From the IMG/VR virus record IMGVR_UViG_3300021086_000004, positions 26,732 through 90,731 of that record: a stretch of DNA of 64,000 nucleotides, one strand, 5' to 3'. Each line of letters opens with the position of its first letter. Position 1 is the stretch's first letter. Below are positions 45,151 through 52,702 of the stretch, in pieces. The DNA comes from a virus. Taxonomy: Duplodnaviria > Caudoviricetes. Both the position numbers and the translations under genes were made by a program. Below the pieces are notes generated by a model. That model saw nothing but the letters and a program-made list of their open reading frames with translations. It had not been told where the DNA came from and did no database searches.

Positions 45151-45342
45151 GTGACACGGCAACTGCCGGCTGAACCCCGGACGACTCGGATCACGGTGCG
45201 GCTGACCGAGGCCGAGCGTGGCCGCGCCGGGGCTGTGCGAGCCGTGGAAGGCGGAGACGAAGTCGACGCACTCCGGCTGCTCCTCCGCCTCGGCTGGGAC
45301 GCCTGGACCGCCACGCAGGGCGGCGCGGAAGGCCGGCCGTGA
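45151..45342 (+). CDS. Ribbon-helix-helix-like protein
   Basis: TTRITVRLTEAE..DALRLLLRLG; GTGA-coupled to dam. Confidence 0.65.
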   Translation: MTRQLPAEPRTTRITVRLTEAERGRAGAVRAVEGGDEVDALRLLLRLGWDAWTATQGGAEGRP

Positions 45343-46175
45343 CTGCCGAGGCGACCCCGCCGATGCCCTACTTCGGCGGGAAGACCACTCTCGCGCCCAG
45401 GATCGCCGCGCTGTTCCCCAGTCATGAGCACTACGTCGAGCCCTACTGCGGATCACTCGCCGTCCTGCTCGCCAAGCCCCGATCGCCGATGGAGACAGTC
45501 AACGACCTCGACGGCGACCTCATGACGTTCTGGCGGGTCCTCCGCGAACAGCCTGCCGACCTCGTCCGCGTGTGCGCGCTGACCCCGCATTCCCGCGCCG
45601 AGCACCAGGCCGCGTACGACCGCGGCAGCGACTTGGGCGACCTGGAACGGGCCCGGCGCGTGTGGGTGCAGCTCACCCAGGGCCGGGCTGGCAGCCGGAA
45701 ACGCACCGGGTGGCGGCACTACGTGAACCCGGTCGGCTCGTCCATCGGGATGCCGGACTACCTCGACGGGTACGTGGGGCGGATGCTCCCGGCTGCTGAG
45801 CGTCTCGCCGGGATCAGCCTGGAGTCCATGCCTGCGCTCGACCTGGTGACGAAGTACGGCGCCGAGCCCAGGGTGCTGCTATACGTCGACCCGCCCTACC
45901 TGGGGTCGACACGGAACTCCGGTGGCTATGTAGTGGAGATGGCCGGCGAGGGCGACCACCGGACGCTTGCGGCAGCGCTGCGGGCATGTAGGGCGGCGGT
46001 GGTGCTGTCGGGGTACCCGTCGGACCTGTACGACCGGGACTTGTACGCGGGTTGGGACCGGGTGGCGTTCAAGGCCGGGACGGGACAGTCGCACGTGTGG
46101 GAGAACCGCACGGAGGTGCTGTGGTCGAACCGGCCGCTCGGCGCGCCGCACCTGTTCTCGGAAGCGGTCTCCTGA
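45339..46175 (+). CDS. DNA adenine methyltransferase (Dam/D12 class)
   Basis: PYFGGK, YVEPYCGSLAV, VNDLDG, YVDPPY, RTEVLWSN. Confidence 0.95.
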   Translation: MTAEATPPMPYFGGKTTLAPRIAALFPSHEHYVEPYCGSLAVLLAKPRSPMETVNDLDGDLMTFWRVLREQPADLVRVCALTPHSRAEHQAAYDRGSDLGDLERARRVWVQLTQGRAGSRKRTGWRHYVNPVGSSIGMPDYLDGYVGRMLPAAERLAGISLESMPALDLVTKYGAEPRVLLYVDPPYLGSTRNSGGYVVEMAGEGDHRTLAAALRACRAAVVLSGYPSDLYDRDLYAGWDRVAFKAGTGQSHVWENRTEVLWSNRPLGAPHLFSEAVS

Positions 46176-46190
46176 CCGTCTATCCGAAGC

Positions 46191-46227
46191 GAGAGGCCGG
46201 CCCCGAACGATCGGGGGCCGGCCTCTC
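46191..46227. terminator. Hairpin between convergent transcription units
   Basis: GAGAGGCCGGCCCCGA-ACGA-TCGGGGGCCGGCCTCTC. Confidence 0.8.
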
Positions 46228-46232
46228 TCGTG

Positions 46233-46286
46233 CTACAGGCAGATGAGCAGGTGCAGGTGTAGTGCGACGATCAGGTTCAGGATCAC
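46233..46286 (-). CDS. 17-aa hydrophobic peptide
   Basis: GGAGGAGG RBS, GTG start, MILNLIVALHLHLLICL, stop 5 nt before hairpin. Confidence 0.5.
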   Translation of the reverse strand: MILNLIVALHLHLLICL

Positions 46287-46333
46287 GAGGCCTCCTCCGC
46301 GTTCTGGGCCAGCAACCGCGGATCGTAGACCGG

Positions 46334-46498
46334 TCAGACGGTGGTCCAGTAGGGCTCGGGCCAGGGTCCGTCGCAGATGCAGCCGCCGTGATCGGTGGGC
46401 CGGTCGTACCGGCCGCCGCAGTCTTCGCAACGTGGCGCGGCGAGTCCGGCGCAGGTCGTGCAGCCACACGGCTGCGGCGCCTCGGCGTCGTCAATCAT
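46334..46498 (-). CDS. 54-aa Cys-rich protein (not in ORF track)
   Basis: MIDDAEAPQPCGCTTCAGLAAPRCEDCGGRYDRPTDHGGCICDGPWPEPYWTTV; GGAAGG RBS; overlaps upstream stop. Confidence 0.55.
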   Translation of the reverse strand: MIDDAEAPQPCGCTTCAGLAAPRCEDCGGRYDRPTDHGGCICDGPWPEPYWTTV

Positions 46499-46727
46499 CC
46501 GGGTCCTTCCTGTTCGGGACGGTGTACGCGGTCGCGCCCACCCGCAGCCACGCGCACAGGGTCACCAGCCCGTCCGCGTCCGGCTTGTGTCCGGCGGCCA
46601 GCCGGGTGAACCCCGACGGCGCCACGTCGAGCATGACCGCCAGGTCCCGCCACGTCAGGCCGAGCCGGTCGCGGCGTGCGTCGAGGTCGGCGTACAGCGC
46701 GGCCACGTCCAGAACGTGACGGCTCAC
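46491..46727 (-). CDS. XRE-family HTH regulator
   Basis: RRDRLGLTWRDLAVMLDVAPSGFTRLAAG.KPDAD. Confidence 0.85.
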   Translation of the reverse strand: MSRHVLDVAALYADLDARRDRLGLTWRDLAVMLDVAPSGFTRLAAGHKPDADGLVTLCAWLRVGATAYTVPNRKDPDD

Positions 46728-47374
46728 CCGCCGGGCCCGTCCACGAGCCGCAGCGTCGGCCTACCAGCAGCGGGCGCCGGTTCGGCCGCGGGGCGGCCGT
46801 CTTCGGTCCAGCCGGGCAGCGCCCACCGGTACCAGTCGCCGACGTTGACGTCGGGGAACACGGCGGCCAGCACCCCGCCGCGGTTCGGCGCCGGAACGGG
46901 CGCGGCCTCCATGCGCTCGACCGCGGCCGGCAGGTGCATGTCGCACATCTCGCGCCACTCCCACGCGCCCGATTCCGGGTCGGTGATCCACCGGGCTTGG
47001 TTCCGGCCGCGTTCGTTGCACTTCCCGCCCCGGGACCCGCGCATCGGGCAGCGGCCCCACGCCCGGCCGGGTTCGAACCGTGGCGCGTCGGCGGCCAGCG
47101 CAGCGCGCATCCGGTCTGGGCCTGTCGACCCGGGCCAGGCGCCGCGGCGTAGGGCTGGGCCGTCGCTGGATCCGATGCCGAGGTCCCGGACGTGGGAGAT
47201 GGCGACGGCCAGCGGGATCAGGTCGGCGAACGCGGCCACGTCGCCACGGGGGATCGCCGGCAACGCTGCGGCGTAGAGCCGGCCGAGTTCGGCGATGCGG
47301 CGGGCGTGCGCGACGAGCCGCGGCTTGCTGGTCGTGAGCGGGATCTCGAACGGGCGCGCCACGTGCAGGGTCAC
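46724..47374 (-). CDS. Hypothetical protein (Cys cluster)
   Basis: GTGA-coupled. Confidence 0.6.
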   Translation of the reverse strand: MTLHVARPFEIPLTTSKPRLVAHARRIAELGRLYAAALPAIPRGDVAAFADLIPLAVAISHVRDLGIGSSDGPALRRGAWPGSTGPDRMRAALAADAPRFEPGRAWGRCPMRGSRGGKCNERGRNQARWITDPESGAWEWREMCDMHLPAAVERMEAAPVPAPNRGGVLAAVFPDVNVGDWYRWALPGWTEDGRPAAEPAPAAGRPTLRLVDGPGG

Positions 47375-47826
47375 GCCGCCTCCCCCGTGAGCCGCGCGGC
47401 GACCCACGGCGGCCACACCTCGATACCCGCCGCCGTCGCACGGCCGGCGCAGTCGAACGTCCCCGACGACCGCCCCCGTGGCATCGCCACGCACAGGTCC
47501 GCACCCGCGTCGACCATCGCCTGGTTGCGGCGCGGCCCGGCGAGCGGGCAGTACTCGGCCCCGGACCGGTTCGTCTTCCGGTGCCCGGGCTGGCACCACG
47601 CCGGGGCGCACGGCCCGGCCCAGTCCGCGGGCCACGGCTCGACCGGGAGCCGCCACGTCGTCCACCACTGTGCGGCGATCTCGTCCCCGCCCCGGGCGGC
47701 TCCGTGGACGAGGACCGTGTCGCGGCCGAGTCGCTGGCCGGCGTAGGCGAGGGCGATGCGGATGAGCTGGTCGGTTTCGCCGTCGCGGTGGAGCCGGCTC
47801 CCGGTGAACAGCAGTCGGCGGGTCAC
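47371..47826 (-). CDS. DUF2493 / YspA-related SLOG family protein
   Basis: LLFTGSR, LVHGAARGGD, ADW, AGPRRNQAMV, SGTFDC. Confidence 0.85.
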   Translation of the reverse strand: MTRRLLFTGSRLHRDGETDQLIRIALAYAGQRLGRDTVLVHGAARGGDEIAAQWWTTWRLPVEPWPADWAGPCAPAWCQPGHRKTNRSGAEYCPLAGPRRNQAMVDAGADLCVAMPRGRSSGTFDCAGRATAAGIEVWPPWVAARLTGEAA

Positions 47827-48056
47827 CGGGGTTGCCCGTACTGGACCCCGTCGCTCTGCCCGGCGATCCAGTCGAGGCAGGCCGGGCAGTTGATCGTCCC
47901 GCCACACAGCCACACGGGCTGGCCAGCGCACTGGGCATGCCAGGACCAAGTGTCGAGGCACTGGCGGCCGCGGTGGATGAGGTACGGGTCGTACTCGGCG
48001 AACGGTAGGCCGGTGCCGGTGAGTTCATGGCCGGTCACGTCGATGGCGTTGTTCAT
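47823..48056 (-). CDS. Cys/His-rich hypothetical protein
   Basis: ATGA-coupled; CPAC. Confidence 0.6.
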   Translation of the reverse strand: MNNAIDVTGHELTGTGLPFAEYDPYLIHRGRQCLDTWSWHAQCAGQPVWLCGGTINCPACLDWIAGQSDGVQYGQPR

Positions 48057-49011
48057 GCCGGGACCACCTCCACGTACTCCGGCGCGTGTTCGATCACGGG
48101 CCGGGCGTGCGGCTTGCACCGCGGGCACGGCCGGGGATGGTCAGGGTCACCGAGCCACCCACCCGCGCAGTCGCACGCGGTACGCGGCGACGGCGGGACG
48201 GCCGGGCGGAACAGGCCGGCGAAGGGCTGCGCGGCGTCCAGCCGGTCGGCCATCTGCTCAAGCCCGGCGTGGACGTCGAGCGTCAGCCAGCCTTCGGCCT
48301 TCGAGGCGGGCGGGGGCATCGGGACGGGCTCGGCCCATCGGCGCCAGGCTGCGATGAGCGCGGGCAGGGTGCCGTCTCCGTGCGCGACGACAACGATCCC
48401 GAGTCCCTTGCCCTGCTCGGCGAGGTAGGCCTGCACGCTGGCCCGGGCGGCGGCCGGGTCGAGGCCGTGAGCGGTCAGGGCTTGGTCGACGCGGTCCGGG
48501 CGTTTGATTTTCTCCTCGTGCGCGCTAGCTAGCTTGCCCTCTTCTTGGTCAATGAACTTCTTGGTAGAGGGTTCTTGGTTGGATTCCCTGCAGGAACCAC
48601 CCGGTTCCCCCGGTACGCCACCCGGTTCCTGCAGGGAACCACCTGCGGTGGGCGGCTCGGGCGGCGCGACCCGGCCGAAGATGAGCCGGTACTCGCTGGT
48701 GACGGACTCCCGGCCGCGCCACCGCAGGATCTTCACCAGCGCGCCGATGCACTCCAGGACGTGGCATGCGCGCATCGCAGTACTGCGACTACAGCCCATC
48801 CGCTTGGCGATGCCGCTGTAGGACAGGGTGATGGATCGGTACTCACCGGCTGCGGTCCGGAAGGTGCCCTGCTGGCCGAGGCACACGTAGGCGTCGACGA
48901 CGTAGCTCTGGGCGACCTTCTCTTGGGGTCGCGCGCGGGCGCCCACTCCCGGATTCGCTGGCGGACCCAGGTGGGCATCATGACGTAGCCGCCGCCGGTC
49001 TCGTCGCTCAC
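48053..49011 (-). pseudogene. Replication initiator-like HTH protein with one-base frameshift near 48919-48928
   Basis: Coupled GTG start gives MSDETGGGYVMMPTWV..ARDP; the HTH (SYSGIAKRMGCSRSTAMRACHVLE) and C-terminal CDCAGGWLGD..PRPC are in the other frame. Confidence 0.6.
48584..48643. repeat. Direct and inverted repeats (iteron-like) inside second rep-like gene
   Basis: TTCCCTGCAGGAACC and its reverse complement GGTTCCTGCAGGGAA flank two CCACCCGGTTCC direct repeats. Confidence 0.65.
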
Positions 49012-49310
49012 AGGGTCCCGTCCCGGAGTTGGGCGAGGTAGCCGGCTGCGTCGAGTTCGGCGGCATAGCCCCGGACGTCCTGCTCGGTCTCGCCGCTGGC
49101 TTCGGCGGCGAGTTCGGCGAAGGTGACGAATCGCCCACCCGGGCGCCCGAGAATGTGCCCGAGGAGACCCTTCGCGGCCCAGCTCAGGTGCGGGTCGCGA
49201 AGCACGCGGTCAGGTAGGGCCGTGCCGTGGCCGTGCGGCGCCGCGCCGCAGTCGATGCCTTCCGGCTCGCCGTCGCCGACGCCGGCTGTGCCGGTGTGGT
49301 TACAATTCAC
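49008..49310 (-). CDS. Stand-alone replication-protein-type HTH domain
   Basis: LRDPHLSWAAKGLLGHILGRP..AELDAAGYL; AAGGAG RBS. Confidence 0.7.
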   Translation of the reverse strand: MNCNHTGTAGVGDGEPEGIDCGAAPHGHGTALPDRVLRDPHLSWAAKGLLGHILGRPGGRFVTFAELAAEASGETEQDVRGYAAELDAAGYLAQLRDGTL

Positions 49311-49507
49311 GTGCGTGCTCCTTGTTCGAGGGGGTCACGTTGCGAACGGCCTTTCGTGAGGGGGCTGTTCACCCGGATCGCACCGGGCAAAGTGGTTCGT
49401 AGTGGCGGTAGGGCGGTGGGCCGGCCGGGTGGCCGGCCCTTCTGCTTGCCGTCATCCTCCCACCGGACGCGCACGGCGGGGTCCGCTGAACCGGTCCGGC
49501 CTGCGCG

Positions 49508-49528
49508 GTTTCGTACCGCTTGGGTTAC
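49508..49528. promoter_or_regulatory. Shared 21-bp motif, copy 2
   Basis: GTTTCGTACC-GCTT-GGGTTAC. Confidence 0.6.
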
Positions 49529-49641
49529 ACTCCATGGCGCGTTCTCCTTGATCGAAAGGTCAGCGCGTGCATGGCCCTCGTTCTCCGTGGTGGCGAGTGG
49601 GGTGCTAGCCAGCCTGGTCACTGGCGTTCGTGGTTCCACAA

Positions 49642-49741
49642 GGCCCCGGGGTGCGAGCCCCGGGGCCGTCCACGTTCCCGGGCCGGTACGGTGGCGGTCG
49701 CCGCACTGGGATGGGGCGGCCCTGGGCGACGCCCGGGGCCG
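49642..49741. terminator. Two GC-rich hairpins downstream of DUF397
   Basis: GGCCCCGGGG-TGCGAG-CCCCGGGGCC and GGCCCTGGGCG-A-CGCCCGGGGCC. Confidence 0.5.
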
Positions 49742-49750
49742 CCTCGTGCG

Positions 49751-49954
49751 TCAGACGGCCGGGTCGAACTCGCCGGCCTTGACTCCGGCGAGGAACGCGG
49801 TCCATTCGCCTGCGGTGAAGCCGTGGACGGGGCCGGATGGGTCCTTGGAGTCGCGGGTGAGCGCGCCGCCGTCGGGCAGTAACGCCACCTCCACGCAGTT
49901 CGTCGGCTCGCTGAACGTGCTCTTGCGCCAAACTAAGGTGCCTTTGTCGATCAT
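49751..49954 (-). CDS. DUF397 domain protein
   Basis: WRKSTFS..NCVEVA, RDSKDPSGP..F..EWTAFLAGVKAGEF; GAGGAG RBS. Confidence 0.93.
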   Translation of the reverse strand: MIDKGTLVWRKSTFSEPTNCVEVALLPDGGALTRDSKDPSGPVHGFTAGEWTAFLAGVKAGEFDPAV

Positions 49955-50004
49955 GTTCCCCACTCCTCGGATAGTCGATGGGCCTCAGCCTGACAGGCTG
50001 AGGC

Positions 50005-50778
50005 CTAACCGGCGGCCCGTCTCCCGACCGGCATCTCCCGGAAGCGTTCGGACACGACGATGTGCCGATCTCCCGGGAGGACGCTGATCGAGCAGAACAC
50101 GGCCTGGCCGGTAGCGGTGAGGCCGGTGCACATCTCGACTGCAACCGGCTGCCCCGGGTCTAGGTCCAGCAGCTGGGTCTCGCCGGGGTCGGGCATCCGG
50201 ACGTATATCTCGTCCCTCAGCCGCACGGGAGACAGGCCTAGTTCATCGAGCGCGGCTATCACGCCGCCTTCGATCAGCGCCGGTTGCATGATCTCCGATT
50301 CCTCCACGAGATGCCGGGGGTAGTAGGCGTCTGCGATCACGACCGGAGTCTCGCCTGCCGCCAGCACTCGATGCCTGAGGACGGCCAGTTCCCCCGGCGA
50401 TCCCAGGTGCTCGGCCACGTCCGCCGGAGGTTCCGCCAGTACGACATCCACTGTCTGACTCAGCGGGCGGTCAGCCCCTGAACTCTCGGTTAGGAGCCGG
50501 TCGGCCAGGCCGGGGAACACTGGGGCGAATCCCGGCGCACCGCCTGTCTCTACGCGGTAGCGGCGGCGTTCGCGGACGAACGACCCGACGGTTGGCCGCG
50601 TGAAGACGAGCCCTTCCGAGGTCAGCTTTCCGATGGCTTGCCGGACGGTCATTCCGGTCGTGCGCCACTCCGTTAGCAGCGTCTCGTGGGTAGGTAGCCG
50701 GTCGCCCGGCTTGAGTTCGCCGGATCGGATCTTCTTGCGGAGGTTGTCCGCGATTTGAAGGTACTTCGGGGCTGCCAT
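50005..50778 (-). CDS. GntR/HutC-family regulator (KorSA/TraR-like)
   Basis: KYLQIADNLRKKIRSGELKPGDRLP, TVRQAIGKL, UTRA-like C-terminus; divergent from tra operon. Confidence 0.92.
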   Translation of the reverse strand: MAAPKYLQIADNLRKKIRSGELKPGDRLPTHETLLTEWRTTGMTVRQAIGKLTSEGLVFTRPTVGSFVRERRRYRVETGGAPGFAPVFPGLADRLLTESSGADRPLSQTVDVVLAEPPADVAEHLGSPGELAVLRHRVLAAGETPVVIADAYYPRHLVEESEIMQPALIEGGVIAALDELGLSPVRLRDEIYVRMPDPGETQLLDLDPGQPVAVEMCTGLTATGQAVFCSISVLPGDRHIVVSERFREMPVGRRAAG

Positions 50779-50798
50779 GCCCTGGATTCTCCTCGCCC

Positions 50799-50885
50799 AT
50801 GTCCGTCCGTGTCCGGCGATGTCCGTTGCTGTCCCGTTCCGATACTGGCGATACGCTAGCGCATCATGCAAAATTATGACACCCT
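50799..50885. promoter_or_regulatory. Divergent control region between GntR and transfer operon
   Basis: Four TGTCC(G) direct repeats; AT-rich core TGCAAAATTATGACA containing overlapping -10-like boxes on both strands. Confidence 0.45.
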
Positions 50886-50927
50886 CGGCAGGGTTGGTCA
50901 CTGACCGAGACGGCGGACGGGGAAACG

Positions 50928-51176
50928 ATGGCAGCCGGTAACGCGGGAACGCCACTCAGCGGCGCAGAACTCACCGTCGGAGACCTACTCGCCCACGCGC
51001 AAACCGCCATCAACGGCGGCCTCGCATGGGGAGCCCAGGTCAACCCCGACCTCGCCGTCTACGCCGGCAGCCGCACCCACCCCCGGCCCGTCCTGGGTGT
51101 CGACGTCTTCTTCTGGCGCGGCCGGTTCCGGCTGGTCCTGCTCACCGACGCCCCCGACGGCGAGGCCCAGCAGTGA
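50928..51176 (+). CDS. Hypothetical protein
   Basis: First gene of tra operon; GGGGA RBS. Confidence 0.65.
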   Translation: MAAGNAGTPLSGAELTVGDLLAHAQTAINGGLAWGAQVNPDLAVYAGSRTHPRPVLGVDVFFWRGRFRLVLLTDAPDGEAQQ

Positions 51177-51457
51177 CCGGCCCGGCCGGCCCCCGGCGCC
51201 GGACCCGCTCCCGCCGGCAGCACACCCCCATCGACGTCCACGGCCTCCGCGACGCGCTGGCAGCGTTCGCCGCCGACGTCGACAACCCGGCCGGCATCGA
51301 CGGCACCCGCCACGTGTACGTCCGCGGCCCCGACGGCCGGCTCTACCCCCTGACCGGCGTCGTGACCTCCACCCTCTTCGGCCAGCGCATCCTCATCTTG
51401 GACGGCACCGACGTGCCCGGCGAAACCGGCGACGACACGCCCGGCGGTGCGGCGTGA
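51173..51457 (+). CDS. Hypothetical protein
   Basis: GTGA-coupled. Confidence 0.6.
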   Translation: MTGPAGPRRRTRSRRQHTPIDVHGLRDALAAFAADVDNPAGIDGTRHVYVRGPDGRLYPLTGVVTSTLFGQRILILDGTDVPGETGDDTPGGAA

Positions 51458-51651
51458 ACAGGTTCGTCATCGTCCACACCGGCGACCCTGACGCGTGGGA
51501 CATCGCCGAAGACGTCGGAGACGGCCGCAGCTTCGAGGTGCTCTGCCGGGTCGTCGCACCAGGAGATGGCGACCCGGACGCGGTGATCCGCAGGGCGCGG
51601 TTCATCCAGAACGCCCTGACCGCCTACCGCGCTGCGGGGGGTGCGCCGTGA
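51454..51651 (+). CDS. Hypothetical protein
   Basis: GTGA-coupled. Confidence 0.6.
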   Translation: MNRFVIVHTGDPDAWDIAEDVGDGRSFEVLCRVVAPGDGDPDAVIRRARFIQNALTAYRAAGGAP

Positions 51652-52109
51652 ACGGGCAGCCCGGAGTGTTCGCCGCCGTCTTCGCGGCCCTGTACGCGGC
51701 GCACATGGTCGGCGACCACTGGGTGCAGTCGGGCTGGCAGGCCGCGAACAAGCACCGCCGCGACTGGACCGGTCGGTGGGCCTGCGCCGGGCACGTCGCG
51801 TCCCTCGCCTTAACGAAGCTGGCGTTCGTCATCGTTGCCGCCTCGGTGTGTGACCTGCGACTGAACCAGTGGCGGCTCGTCGCCGGCATTGCCGTGGACG
51901 CCGTGTCGCACTACTGGGCGGACCGCCGGTTCACCCTCGCGGGGCTGTGCGCCCGGCTCGGGAAGGCGCAGTTCTACGCGCTCGGCGCGCCACGCCCCGG
52001 ACGGGACGACAACCCGTCGCTCGGCACAGGCGCGTACGCCCTGGATCAGTCCTGGCACATCGGCTGGCTGTTCGTCACGGCACTGATCGTCGCGGCAGGT
52101 GCGGCATGA
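51648..52109 (+). CDS. DUF3307-family membrane protein
   Basis: LYAAHMVGDHWVQ, SHYWADRR, DDNPSLGTGAYALDQSWH. Confidence 0.8.
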   Translation: MNGQPGVFAAVFAALYAAHMVGDHWVQSGWQAANKHRRDWTGRWACAGHVASLALTKLAFVIVAASVCDLRLNQWRLVAGIAVDAVSHYWADRRFTLAGLCARLGKAQFYALGAPRPGRDDNPSLGTGAYALDQSWHIGWLFVTALIVAAGAA

Positions 52110-52702
52110 GTCGCCGCCGGCCGGCGCTGCTCACCCGCCGCGGACGCACCCGGATCCGCCACCGCGCCTACGCCCTGGCCGCCGCGGCGGGCGGCATCGG
52201 CTGGGCGTGGCACACCCACCCCGGCGCCGTCGTCGCCCTCGGCGCCCTTGCCGCAGCCGTCGCCGCCTACCGGCTACGCCACCGGATCGCACCCCTCATC
52301 GCCGGCCGCCGGCAGCCCACCCCCGAGGCCGACACCCGACCCACCGGGCTCTACCAGCACTGGTTCGCCGAATCCCACATCCGCCCATGGATCGACGCCG
52401 GATGCCCCCGCTCCTGGTTCGGCTACACCGGCATCTCCGTCGCCTACGCCCTCCGCTGCGAACAGCACGCCGAGAAAGCCTGGTGGTGGCCGCTGGTCGA
52501 CGCGAACCTGTCGACCCTCCAACTTTGGAACACCCGCGACGAGGCCGAGGCCGCCGAGCTGGCGACGATCGCCGAGTACTGCGGCGTCGGGAACGAGATC
52601 GGCAACCCCCGGTTCCGGGAGCAGGCCCAGTTGCGGGCCGAGTTGATGGCGTACGCGGCGCGGGTCCGCGCGCAGCAGTTGACCTATGCGAGGACCGGAT
52701 GA
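52106..52702 (+). CDS. Membrane-anchored GIY-YIG nuclease
   Basis: Two N-terminal hydrophobic segments; TGLY..YTGIS..RCEQHAEKAWW..TRDEAEAAE..N. Confidence 0.7.
   Translation: MSRRRPALLTRRGRTRIRHRAYALAAAAGGIGWAWHTHPGAVVALGALAAAVAAYRLRHRIAPLIAGRRQPTPEADTRPTGLYQHWFAESHIRPWIDAGCPRSWFGYTGISVAYALRCEQHAEKAWWWPLVDANLSTLQLWNTRDEAEAAELATIAEYCGVGNEIGNPRFREQAQLRAELMAYAARVRAQQLTYARTG

Noticed and set aside
41640-46227. Invertible segment (plus-strand block within minus-strand region)
   Set aside because: No inverted repeats seen at both ends and no invertase; a divergent promoter and a convergent terminator explain it
46180-46494. ORF-track genes 46180-46494 and 46233-46469
   Set aside because: Arg/Pro-rich readings; 46180-46494 runs through the terminator. 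A 54-aa Cys-rich ORF and a 17-aa peptide with good RBSs explain the region better
48915-48930. Canonical programmed -1 frameshift
   Set aside because: No X XXY YYZ heptamer in frame; kept only as an unexplained frameshift
49307-49639. 110-aa ORF upstream of the Rep HTH
   Set aside because: No motif, runs through hairpins and the shared 21-bp site; treated as regulatory, though not excluded
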